Source: a bacterium
Lineage (GTDB): Bacteria > SAR324 > XYD2-FULL-50-16 > G965216635
Direction: 5' to 3'
Assembly: GCA_965216635.1 (NCBI GenBank)
Contig: OZ244188.1
Span: forward strand, 768,001 to 832,000
DNA length: 64,000 bases
The position numbers and the translations under genes were made by a program. Positions 9,870 to 19,066 of this stretch are shown one piece after another (the first letter of the stretch is position 1; each line of letters begins with the position of its first letter). The notes under the pieces were generated by a model. That model had not been told where the DNA came from. It made no database searches and saw only the letters and a list, made by a program, of their open reading frames with translations.

Positions 9870-10964
9870 ATGAACAAACTTGATAACTACCTAAATATAG
9901 ATTTATCTGCCCTAGACAACAATCTTGCAGAAATTAAAAAAAAAATAGCTCCCGCAAAAGTAATGGCTGTTGTGAAATCTAACGCTTACGGGCATGGAAT
10001 GTTAGCTGTAGCCAAACGACTAGAAAAAAAAGTAACCTATTTTTTTGTAGATAGATTAAAAGATGCCATCCATTTAAGAAAAAAAGGTATTCAAACCCAT
10101 ATTTTTGTCGGGGTCATAGCGGAATCCCAAATAAAAAAATGCGTCCAATATAAATTGGAATGGGCTTTGGCAGATTTTTATACTTTAAAAGTTTTAGAAG
10201 AAAAATTCACCAATATTAAAACAAAAATTCATATCAAACTAGATACAGGTATGGGTAGGTTCGGTTTTGAATTAGAAGAATATAAAAATATTTTAGATAG
10301 GGTTTTACAACTTAAAAATATAGAAATTGTAGGAATTTATAGTCACTTAGCCTCTTCTGAAGATACAAAAAAGAAAATCAATAAAGAACAAATCCATTCG
10401 TTCAAAAAAGCAGTTGCTATAACAAAACAAAAAAAAATCCGCCCTTTTTTCCATTTGGCAAATTCAGCAGCTGTGCTGAATTTTAAAGAGAGCCATTTTG
10501 ATCTTGTCCGCATAGGGTTGATACTCTACGGGGTGCGTCATTTTCCAAAAGTAACGGATTCTTTTCGCTTAAAACCAGTTTTGAGTATGCACTCTTTCAT
10601 TCTTTCTGTAAAAACTATCCCCCCAGGCAGAGGAGTCAGTTATGCTGGTAGCTGGATGTCCCCTAAAAAGTGCAATATTGCCCTTATCCCTATGGGTTAT
10701 AGCGACGGAGTCCATTGGCACTTTAAAAACCAACTGCAGGTTCTCATCCATAATACTTGCTATCCCATTATAGGCAATATCTGCATGGGAGTATTTGCTG
10801 TAAATCTAGGAGAAGATAGTTATGCAGTAGGAGAAAAAGTCACACTCCTTGGAAAAAGTCAAAACCATTCCATTAGCGTAGAAGAAATAGCAGCTAAAAA
10901 AAATAGTATTTCTCACGAAGTTTTGACTTCCACGAATCTTGTTCAAAAGAGATATTATATTTAA
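9870..10964 (+). CDS. alr: Alanine racemase
   Basis: AVVKSNAYGHG PLP lysine, KLDTGMGRFG, HLANSAA, GYSDG. Confidence 0.97.
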   Translation: MNKLDNYLNIDLSALDNNLAEIKKKIAPAKVMAVVKSNAYGHGMLAVAKRLEKKVTYFFVDRLKDAIHLRKKGIQTHIFVGVIAESQIKKCVQYKLEWALADFYTLKVLEEKFTNIKTKIHIKLDTGMGRFGFELEEYKNILDRVLQLKNIEIVGIYSHLASSEDTKKKINKEQIHSFKKAVAITKQKKIRPFFHLANSAAVLNFKESHFDLVRIGLILYGVRHFPKVTDSFRLKPVLSMHSFILSVKTIPPGRGVSYAGSWMSPKKCNIALIPMGYSDGVHWHFKNQLQVLIHNTCYPIIGNICMGVFAVNLGEDSYAVGEKVTLLGKSQNHSISVEEIAAKKNSISHEVLTSTNLVQKRYYI

Positions 10965-11031
10965 AATTCTCTGAGAATTAAAGAAAAATTTGAAAAAATA
11001 AAGCTGAAAAAAAAAAATAAAAATTAACTTG

Positions 11032-11060
11032 TTGACAAAAAAAAAATTATATTTTATAAA
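11032..11060 (+). promoter_or_regulatory. Putative sigma70 promoter
   Basis: TTGACA-17-TATAAA upstream of ATG 11089, poly-A spacer. Confidence 0.5.
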
Positions 11061-11088
11061 AAATATTTTAATTAACAAAAAATTTAAA

Positions 11089-11505
11089 ATGAAACAAATA
11101 AATATATGGGCGATTCTAGTAACATCTGTTGCTATAATGTTGTTTGGAATGATCTGGTATGGTTTTGTGTTTTTTGATATTTGGGCTACAGGTTGGGGCT
11201 TAGTAGTGAACCCAGCACCTCCAAATCTTTTTTCTCTTATCTATAATTTCTTGGCAGGGTTGATTTATGTGTCGGCTTTTTCCTTTCTTTTGCTAAAATT
11301 AAACGCACTCAATCTTAAAGGAGCCATTGGTTATGGGCTTTTAATAAGTCTCACTTTCATTATCCCGGGAGTGATTAGTAATGCTTGGTTTTTAGGAGTT
11401 TCTGTGACGGCTACTGCAGTAGATAGTGCCTTTCTTTTAATAAGAGGTTTGATTATTAGCCTGATTATTGGTGCTTGGACAAAAAAACCACGAATTACGC
11501 ATTAG
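11089..11505 (+). CDS. DUF1761-like small membrane protein
   Basis: INIWAILV..FGMIWYG..F..W pattern, four TM helices; start moved to ATG 11089. Confidence 0.75.
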   Translation: MKQINIWAILVTSVAIMLFGMIWYGFVFFDIWATGWGLVVNPAPPNLFSLIYNFLAGLIYVSAFSFLLLKLNALNLKGAIGYGLLISLTFIIPGVISNAWFLGVSVTATAVDSAFLLIRGLIISLIIGAWTKKPRITH

Positions 11506-11804
11506 CAAATTTTTTAGCAGATAAATTTCATCAAATTATCTATTTTTTTTTAGTTGATAAATTTAATTAGTTGATAAATTTAATTGATTGTTGTAGCCTC
11601 TTTAAAAGACTTATGAAATTCTTAAGTTTTTGAACTTTAATGAATTTCTTTCTCAGTTTTCCCGCTAGTTTTTCATTACTCTTTGAAAAATTTCCATTTT
11701 TGGTAGCAGTTTTAGATTGTTTAAAGACTAGCTTTTTGTATAAATAAACCAATTTCTTTATAAAAATATTTACATAGAGAGATTTAACTTAAAAATAAAA
11801 TATT

Positions 11805-12473
11805 ATGAATAAGAACGTGAATAAGATACGAGTGATTTTGCTGGTTTTGATAGCCAGTTTTTGTTTTAGCAGTGCAGTTTTTGCTCAACAAAAAGAAGGT
11901 TTTTTTATTGGCTGGAGCCAACCTTTAATTGGAAGTGGAAATATAGAAGTTGAAACAAACACTTCTGCAGTACCATTACCAGGAGGAACATTCACAATTC
12001 CAGCTACGACAACAAGAGATGAACTAGATGTAGATTTTAAAAGTGGTTATGGAATCAAGGCTGGCTGGAATTTTAAAGATTTTAGAGTCTATTATTCTAA
12101 TTATAACCTAGCTTACAAAGATACCACTACAATCAAAAATATGAATATTAAAGCTAATGTAGTTGCTACAGATTGGACTTATCAAAATTTCTTTGTTGGA
12201 TTGGGTTATGGAAAAGCTTCGTTTGATGCCAAACTTATTAGACAATCACCAATATCTATTTCAGAATCTGGAGGGACTGTAACTGCTCTCAACTTTGGTT
12301 ACGATTATAATATAAACGAAAGTTTTAAAATTAGTGCTGGTTACCTTATTGCTCGTTTTAATTTTGAATTTGATAAAAATCTTCCTCAAAGTGGTGGAAT
12401 TAATATTCCGGCAAATTTTAAGATTAAGGCTGGAGGAGACGCTCTTTATATAGACGCAATCTATAGCTTCTAA
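11805..12473 (+). CDS. Outer-membrane beta-barrel protein (8-strand type)
   Basis: Signal peptide ending VFA, amphipathic strands, C-terminal YSF. Confidence 0.8.
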   Translation: MNKNVNKIRVILLVLIASFCFSSAVFAQQKEGFFIGWSQPLIGSGNIEVETNTSAVPLPGGTFTIPATTTRDELDVDFKSGYGIKAGWNFKDFRVYYSNYNLAYKDTTTIKNMNIKANVVATDWTYQNFFVGLGYGKASFDAKLIRQSPISISESGGTVTALNFGYDYNINESFKISAGYLIARFNFEFDKNLPQSGGINIPANFKIKAGGDALYIDAIYSF

Positions 12474-12518
12474 AAAACTATTTTTAATATTTTATTAAAA
12501 ATTGCTTTTATTTTTTAT

Positions 12519-12555
12519 AAAAACCAGTAGCAAAATTGTTACTGGTTTTTTTTTT
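12519..12555 (+). terminator. Intrinsic terminator
   Basis: aaaaaccagtagcaa/ttgttactggttttt hairpin followed by a long T run. Confidence 0.75.
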
Positions 12556-12639
12556 GCTTTTTTCTACACGATTGATAAAATTTTTCTTTATGCTAGAATT
12601 TTATCTATATAAAAAATAAATTATTAACCTTATTTTTTC

Positions 12640-14100
12640 ATGAAAATATACCACACTCCAATCCACCAACTACACCAAAAAAGAAAAAACCAAGAAATCA
12701 GCACCAAACAGATTGTAGAATCGGTTTGGCAAAGAATCGATCAATACCAACCCAAACTCAATGCTTATCTGTGTCTGAACAAAAAAGAACAACTTCTGCA
12801 AAAAGCCGAGAAAATTGACGCAAAATTAAAAGCAGACCCCAGCAAAGTTCATCCGCTAGCTGCTATGCCTATTGGTTTAAAGGATATTTTTGTCACTAAG
12901 GGGTTAGAGACTACTGCTGCGTCTAAAATACTCAAAGGTTTTATTCCTCCTTATGAATCTACAGCTTCCCAAAAATTGTTAGCTGTAGAATACAGTCTCA
13001 CTGGAAAACTTAATATGGACGAGTTTGCCATGGGGGCTTCCAATGAAAATTCTGCTTTTGGTGCGGTGCATAACCCATGGGATTTAAAAAGAGTGCCTGG
13101 GGGATCTTCAGGAGGAAGTGCAGCAGCGGTCGCCTCTGGACTTTGCTTAGCTGCACTAGGGACAGATACAGGAGGCTCTATACGCCAGCCAGCCGCCTAT
13201 AATTCGGTTGTGGGTATAAAACCGACTTATGGTAGAGTGAGTCGTTATGGAATGATCGCTTTTGCTAGTTCTTTAGACCAAGCAGGACCTATCACTCAAG
13301 ATGTCAGAGACAGTGCCCTTTTATTACAAACAATTTCAGGCTACGACCCCCAAGATTCTACTTCTTTAAAAATAGATGCCCCCGCTTTTTATGATAGTTT
13401 AAAAGCAAAAATTCCTAAAAAAATAGGCATCATCCGAAGTATAAAAAGTGAGCTTTTAGATTCAGAAATAGCGGATAATTTTGAAATGAATTTGGATTTT
13501 TTTAAAAAATCTGGAATAGAAATAGTGCCTTTGGATATTCCTTTGATGGATTATAGCGTAGCCATCTATTATATTTTAGCCTGTTCAGAGGCAAGCTCTA
13601 ATTTGGGAAGATACGATGGAATTCGTTATGGAGCAAGAGAAGAAGCTGATGGACTAGAAAATCTTTATAAAAAAAGCCGTGAACAGGGTTTTGGCGAGGA
13701 AGTAAAGTTAAGAATCCTCACTGGAACTTTTGCTCTTTCAGTTGGCTACTACGATGCCTATTACAACAAGGCAAATCAAGCTCGTAAAGCTATGAATCAA
13801 GATTTTCAAAAGGCTTTTAACAAAGTAGATTTTATAGCTACCCCCGTCACGACTACTTTGCCCTTTTTGATTGGAGAAAGAAACCCAGACCCATTAAAAA
13901 TGTATCTTTTGGATTTAATTACCATCCCTGCAAATTTGGGAGGATTTCCAGCGATTAGTATTCCATCAGGTTTTTCTACACAAAAACTACCTATTGGAAT
14001 TCAATTTTTAGCACCACAACTCGCAGAACAAAAGCTACTAAACTATGCTCTTTGGTTTGAAGAGAATTGTAAATTTGAAAAACCAACTTTACCTCTATGA
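12640..14100 (+). CDS. gatA: Asp/Glu-tRNA amidotransferase subunit A
   Basis: GKLNMDEFAMG, PGGSSGGSAAAV, GTDTGGSIRQPA, SSNLGRYDGIRYG. Confidence 0.97.
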   Translation: MKIYHTPIHQLHQKRKNQEISTKQIVESVWQRIDQYQPKLNAYLCLNKKEQLLQKAEKIDAKLKADPSKVHPLAAMPIGLKDIFVTKGLETTAASKILKGFIPPYESTASQKLLAVEYSLTGKLNMDEFAMGASNENSAFGAVHNPWDLKRVPGGSSGGSAAAVASGLCLAALGTDTGGSIRQPAAYNSVVGIKPTYGRVSRYGMIAFASSLDQAGPITQDVRDSALLLQTISGYDPQDSTSLKIDAPAFYDSLKAKIPKKIGIIRSIKSELLDSEIADNFEMNLDFFKKSGIEIVPLDIPLMDYSVAIYYILACSEASSNLGRYDGIRYGAREEADGLENLYKKSREQGFGEEVKLRILTGTFALSVGYYDAYYNKANQARKAMNQDFQKAFNKVDFIATPVTTTLPFLIGERNPDPLKMYLLDLITIPANLGGFPAISIPSGFSTQKLPIGIQFLAPQLAEQKLLNYALWFEENCKFEKPTLPL

Positions 14101-15137
14101 AAATGAAAGAAAAAATAGAAAAATTAAAAGTAGAATTTCAAAATTCTTTAAAAAAGATAACTTCTCTCAAAGATTTAGAAATTTTAAAAAACCGTTTTTT
14201 TGCAAAGAAAGGAGTCATTGTTTCCTTTTATCAAGATTTAAAAACAATTCCCAACGAACAAAAAGCTGCTTTTGGTAAAAAGATCAATGAGTTACGAGAA
14301 ACTTTAGAAACACTTCTGACAGAAAAACAGCAACAGTTAACCTATAAACAGCTCCAAAGCCAAGTAGAAAAAGAATGGATAGACATCAGCCTAGATCTCA
14401 AAAAAGATAGCGGTGCTTTGCACCCTATTTCTAAAATCCAATACGAACTGGAGGACATTTTTACAGCTATGGGTTTTAGTGTTTTAGATGGACCCCATAT
14501 AGAAACAAATTTCTATAATTTTGAAGCTCTTAATATCCCAAAAAACCACCCTTCCAGAGATCTGCAAGATACTTATTATTTTGATGAAAATTATCTATTA
14601 AGAACACAAACTTCTCCCATTCAGATTCGTGGTATGGAACTTTTTGCTAAAGCTGGTAAAAAACCACCTATTCGCATTATTGGTCCTGGTAAAGTTTTCC
14701 GAGCGGAAACTAGAGATGCTTCCCACGAAAACTGCTTTCATCAGCTAGAGGGTATAGTAGTAGATAAAAACATAACAGTGCGAAATCTTATCTATTTTAT
14801 GGAAGTGATGCTCGCTGAAATTTTTTATAATCCAGTAAAAGTAAGGTTAAGACCCGGCTATTTTCCTTTTGTAGAACCGGGGTTTGAACTAGATATGTCT
14901 TGCCAAATCTGCAGTGGAGATGGTTGCAAAATGTGTAAAAAAACAGGTTGGGTAGAAATGATAGGCTGTGGTATGGTGCACCCCAAAGTATTAGAAGTAG
15001 GTAAGATAGACCCAAAAATCTATTCTGGTTTTGCCTTCGGTTTAGGAATAGATCGTCTCTGCATTATGAAACACAAGATCAACGATATTCGCTATTTCCA
15101 TAGCGGTGATTTAAAGTTTTATCGCCAGTTTGTGTAG
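14097..15137 (+). CDS. pheS: Phenylalanyl-tRNA synthetase alpha subunit
   Basis: HPSRDLQDT, LLRTQTS, FHQLEG, YFPFVEPG, GFAFGLGIDR. Confidence 0.98.
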   Translation: MKMKEKIEKLKVEFQNSLKKITSLKDLEILKNRFFAKKGVIVSFYQDLKTIPNEQKAAFGKKINELRETLETLLTEKQQQLTYKQLQSQVEKEWIDISLDLKKDSGALHPISKIQYELEDIFTAMGFSVLDGPHIETNFYNFEALNIPKNHPSRDLQDTYYFDENYLLRTQTSPIQIRGMELFAKAGKKPPIRIIGPGKVFRAETRDASHENCFHQLEGIVVDKNITVRNLIYFMEVMLAEIFYNPVKVRLRPGYFPFVEPGFELDMSCQICSGDGCKMCKKTGWVEMIGCGMVHPKVLEVGKIDPKIYSGFAFGLGIDRLCIMKHKINDIRYFHSGDLKFYRQFV

Positions 15138-15174
15138 GCTATTTTAGCTAATCATCTAAAAAAATTCACACTCA

Positions 15175-15351
15175 ATGAAAAATAATATCGCTTTTATTGA
15201 CGCACAAAATCTACACTTAGGACTTCGTGATTCTGGTTGGAAAGTTGATTACAAAAAATTTAGAACCTATCTAACTCAAAAATTTTTTATAACAGAGGCT
15301 TATTATTTTCTAGGATATATTGATGAAGAATATTCAGATTTATATACTTAA
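15175..15351 (+). pseudogene. Truncated NYN (LabA/DUF88, PIN-like) RNase gene, 5' part only
   Basis: Manual translation MKNNIAFIDAQNLHLGLRDSGWKVDYKKFRTYLTQKFFITEAYYFLGYIDEEYSDLYT*; the FIDxxNL start is typical of NYN; later catalytic Asp motifs are absent. Confidence 0.75.
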
Positions 15352-15368
15352 ATACACAAATGCTGTTT

Positions 15369-15491
15369 TTATTTAGAAACAGTATCGTATATTTTATTCA
15401 TTTCTTTTTCTATGAAATGCTTTCTTTCTTTTGATAAAGGAGGAAGTTTTTGAGCTTGCTTCCATAGATTTGGTTTTTTAGATTTTTTCAT
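15369..15491 (-). CDS. 40-aa basic hypothetical peptide
   Basis: Manual translation MKKSKKPNLWKQAQKLPPLSKERKHFIEKEMNKIYDTVSK*. Confidence 0.4.
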   Translation of the reverse strand: MKKSKKPNLWKQAQKLPPLSKERKHFIEKEMNKIYDTVSK

Positions 15492-15559
15492 TCAGTCTTT
15501 ATCTAACCAAAAATATAATTCAAATTTCGTTTTAATCAAGGTTTATTAGAATAAAAAAA

Positions 15560-16132
15560 CTATTTTTTAGCTTTAATTTTATTGTTTTCTTTAATAGCCA
15601 TATCTCGCAATAAAATTTGAAAAATAGTATAAAAATTCTCAACTCCAACTCCTTCTTTATAAGCAATTTCCTCAAGGTTATTCCATTCTTCTGCATTCAA
15701 GATACTCTTTAAATCACGGGAAACAATATAAAGACACTCTTTTTGTATTTGGTAATTATTTTGAAAAGGAAAATTTAATTTTTCAAAAAATCTATCTTTA
15801 TATTTTATTAAAATTTTTTCGCCATCAATTTTTTCATTGATTTCTACACCTTTATCTGAAATCTCTATTGGTGATTTTGACTCTGCTAAAGGTTGTATTG
15901 TATTATTTAAGACATTTGTAGATGTTGTTAATTTAAAAACCCAATCAAAGATTTTGTCAAGTTTTTCTTTTATATCTTCAATATTGCTTTTATGCTCTTT
16001 TTCTAATTTTGGAATATCTTTTTTTACAATTTTATCTGTTATAATAAACCATCTCATAACATAATAAAAAGCAGTCAAAATAGCAATAATTCCAACTGCA
16101 ACATTTAAAACAACTTGTAGTGTCCATTCCAT
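15560..16132 (-). CDS. Hypothetical protein, N-terminal TM helix plus coiled coil
   Basis: Start moved to ATG 16132 (MEWTLQVV); the longer ORF-track start lies inside the hairpin repeats. Confidence 0.7.
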   Translation of the reverse strand: MEWTLQVVLNVAVGIIAILTAFYYVMRWFIITDKIVKKDIPKLEKEHKSNIEDIKEKLDKIFDWVFKLTTSTNVLNNTIQPLAESKSPIEISDKGVEINEKIDGEKILIKYKDRFFEKLNFPFQNNYQIQKECLYIVSRDLKSILNAEEWNNLEEIAYKEGVGVENFYTIFQILLRDMAIKENNKIKAKK

Positions 16133-16184
16133 AATTATATCTATTTTGTTAAAGGAGAAAATAGAATATTTCCGATAAAAACAA

Positions 16185-16290
16185 AAAAGGAGAGGGCGTT
16201 CTTTCGGCATTTAGTCCTAAAAATCCCTCTCCGTCGTAAAAGGAGAGGGAGCTCCTTCGGCATTTAGTCCTAAAAGTCCCTCTCCGTCGT
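16185..16290 (-). ncRNA. Candidate structured RNA: two tandem 53-nt hairpin units
   Basis: Units 16185-16237 and 16238-16290, each with a GGAGAGGG/CCCTCTCC stem then TTTT on the minus strand; TATAAT at 16303-16298. Confidence 0.55.
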
Positions 16291-16426
16291 GATTCACATT
16301 ATACAATAGCACTATATTTTTAGAAAAGTCAAGTTTTTTTTTATTTTTTATAGAAAAAAATGCAATTTTCTCTAAAAAAGGCAAATTTTTCTAAAAACAG
16401 AGATTGTTGCTAAAACACCACCCAAA

Positions 16427-17971
16427 TTACTGACATTCTCTATAAGCCTCTCCCAAAAACTGGGTAATATCGGAAGCTATAATTGTATGTTTTTTTTTTG
16501 CTGCTAATTCACCTGCTAATCCGTGTAGAAAAATACCTACTATAAGAGAATCAAAAATATGTGTATCTTGGGCTGAGTTTTGAGCTAGCAAGCCAGCCAA
16601 TACTCCGCTTAAAACATCACCACTACCAGCAGTAGCCATAGCAGAAGTCCCACTAGAATTAAAATAGATTTTGCCTTGTGGCGAAGAGAGAGCACTATAA
16701 GCTCCTTTTAAAAGAATCCAAATACCCAATTTTTGAGATGCTTCTTTTAGTTTTTGTAGTCTTTGCAAACTATTCTCCGATGTACCAAAAAGTCTATCAA
16801 ATTCTCCTATATGAGGAGTCAGCACAGTTTTAGAATGTAAAAAAGAAAGCCATTTTTTATGCAAGGATAAAATATTCAAAGCATCAGCGTCCAGCACCAG
16901 AGGTATAAGGCTTTTTTGGTGAGAGGATAAGAATTTTTTTAAGGCTTTTTGTGTTACTTTAGCAGTACCCATACCCATTCCAATAGCAATAGATTGATAT
17001 TTTTCGTAATTTAAGATTTTTTCTATACTAGCACTTCCAGCTTTTTCAAACATAGCTTCAGGTAACTGAGCCTGTAGCGGAGTAGCCGTCTCTTTTCCAC
17101 TTTGCACTGTCACTAAACCAGCTCCTATTTTTAAAGCAGCTTTTGCAGCAAGGATAGCTGCTCCTATTTTTCCGTAGCTTCCTCCACAAATCAAAGCATG
17201 TCCACTAAGATTTTTGTAGTGATGCCTTTTTCTAACAGGCAGTTTTTTTTTAAGGTCTTTTTTTTCTATCCAAAAATAATCACTAGGTTCTCTTTCTATA
17301 AATTCATTAGAAAGTCCAATAGAGCGATAATCCCACAAACCAACAAAATCTTGATTTTCTGAAAACAAAAATCCTAGTTTAGGCAATTCAAAACTCAAAA
17401 CAAAATCTGCACAAAATACATTCTTTTTTTCTATCGGAGTGTCGCAAAACAACCCTGAAGGAATATCAACAGCCACTCGTAAAGCTAAACTTTGATTTAA
17501 GAAAGCTATAATTTCTGCTATCGTCTCGCTAATGGGTTTATTAAGTCCCGAACCAAAAATAGCGTCTAAAATCACTGCTTGGGAGTTATTTTGTATTTTT
17601 GAGGATAGTTGCTTTACTTGTTGGATTTCTTGGATAACAACCGTTGTATTTTGTAATTTTTTGTAGTTGATTTGAAAATTTTGGCTTGTCTGAAAATTTT
17701 GACGGGGATTTTTAGAACCCACTACAATATAACAAAAGACTCTCCAGCCATTTTCTGCTAATAATCGAGAGATAACCAAACCATCTCCACCGTTATTTCC
17801 AGTGCCGCAAAAGGCAAAAAGAATTTTTTCTCTTCCTTGAAACATTTTTAAAAACCAATCTGTAAAAATTTTTGAAGCTTGCTCCATAAGTTTTTCTGAA
17901 GAAATTTTTTTCTCTTTGATAGTGAACTGGTCTAGTTGACGGATTTGTTTTGCTTGTAGTATTTTTAACAT
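16427..17971 (-). CDS. nnr: Bifunctional NAD(P)H-hydrate epimerase/dehydratase
   Basis: CGTGNNGGDG, DAIFGSGL, VDIPSG, LDADALN, TPHIGEF, ATAGSGDVLSG. Confidence 0.95.
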   Translation of the reverse strand: MLKILQAKQIRQLDQFTIKEKKISSEKLMEQASKIFTDWFLKMFQGREKILFAFCGTGNNGGDGLVISRLLAENGWRVFCYIVVGSKNPRQNFQTSQNFQINYKKLQNTTVVIQEIQQVKQLSSKIQNNSQAVILDAIFGSGLNKPISETIAEIIAFLNQSLALRVAVDIPSGLFCDTPIEKKNVFCADFVLSFELPKLGFLFSENQDFVGLWDYRSIGLSNEFIEREPSDYFWIEKKDLKKKLPVRKRHHYKNLSGHALICGGSYGKIGAAILAAKAALKIGAGLVTVQSGKETATPLQAQLPEAMFEKAGSASIEKILNYEKYQSIAIGMGMGTAKVTQKALKKFLSSHQKSLIPLVLDADALNILSLHKKWLSFLHSKTVLTPHIGEFDRLFGTSENSLQRLQKLKEASQKLGIWILLKGAYSALSSPQGKIYFNSSGTSAMATAGSGDVLSGVLAGLLAQNSAQDTHIFDSLIVGIFLHGLAGELAAKKKHTIIASDITQFLGEAYRECQ

Positions 17972-18042
17972 ATAGGTAGAGTAGATTTTTATTATAGAAT
18001 AAAAATATTATTGTTTTTTAATTAAAAAAACGCAATCATAAA

Positions 18043-18840
18043 ATGCAAACAACTTGTCTTTTAGGAGATACTGATATTTTTGAGCTTTATACTGAATTAG
18101 CAAATAAAAAATTTAGCTATCAGGCTTTATTGGAAGAGACAGATATTTTGACAAATCTCTACTACCATCAAATCCGAGACGGAGCCCAAGCCATAAGAAT
18201 TCCTACTCTTCATTGCACCGCAGAGCATACAAGTTTCCAAAAAAATGAACAGACTGTATCTCTAGAAAGCTTAATTAATCTACTAGTTTCAACTGCTAAA
18301 AAAGCTATTCAAAAAACAGAAGCAGATATTTTACTTATAGGAGTTATAGGAAATTTTTTTGATAATAAAACAAAAGATGTATGGCAAAGCCTTGCAGAAA
18401 AAACTATCTATCTAGCTGATTTTGGAGTAGATTCTATTGCTATTGAAGGAATTCAAAATTGGGAATTATTCCAAAAAAGTTTATTTGTTATACAGCAACA
18501 GAGCAATCAACCTCTTTGCTCTTTTTTTCCTTTAGAAAAATTAAAGAAAAAAGAGCTAAAAGAATATCAAAAATTATACGATTCTTTAGAGTTAGAATTA
18601 TTAGGCTTGGAATTGCAACCGCAAGATTTAAAAATATGGGGACCAAGCCTTATAGAATTATCGCAAAAAGTACAATTAGGTTTTTTATTAAAAAACTGGA
18701 ATTTGAAAAAAGAAAAAGAGCTTTTGATCTATTTTTTAAAGAATTGCAAGCTGGAATGTTTATTTGGTGGAGCTGGTACAAAAAGACGCTGGTGGAATGA
18801 TTTTATATACTCTTTTTTATCTCAAAACAAAAAAATATAG
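18043..18840 (+). CDS. Hypothetical protein, possibly a degenerate homocysteine S-methyltransferase-like barrel
   Basis: Weak resemblance only (DGAQAI, GVDSIAIE, GGAGT where GGCCGT would be expected). Confidence 0.4.
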   Translation: MQTTCLLGDTDIFELYTELANKKFSYQALLEETDILTNLYYHQIRDGAQAIRIPTLHCTAEHTSFQKNEQTVSLESLINLLVSTAKKAIQKTEADILLIGVIGNFFDNKTKDVWQSLAEKTIYLADFGVDSIAIEGIQNWELFQKSLFVIQQQSNQPLCSFFPLEKLKKKELKEYQKLYDSLELELLGLELQPQDLKIWGPSLIELSQKVQLGFLLKNWNLKKEKELLIYFLKNCKLECLFGGAGTKRRWWNDFIYSFLSQNKKI

Positions 18841-19066
18841 TTAATGAAATTTCTATTTTAGCTAAAATAAGAACTATTTTACAAAAACTATAAATTTTGT
18901 CTTGATAAATTTTTTATATTGTTTTAGAAAACAATCAGAAGAACCTAGTTTTAGTTAAAAATAAGGTTTCTTTTTTAGTCAAAGATAGTCTTACTATCTC
19001 AATCAAAACCAAGACTTTGCAAATTTAATAAATTTGTAAAATCACAAATAAAATAAAAAAATAAAT

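Noticed and set aside
11505..11590. ttagttgataaatttaa repeats as FNR sites
   Set aside because: No complete TTGAT-N4-ATCAA, and they lie downstream of a gene
16185..16290. Glycine riboswitch
   Set aside because: GGAGAG and GCCGAAGGAGC occur, but the CUCUCAGG element and three-way junction are absent, and no glycine gene follows
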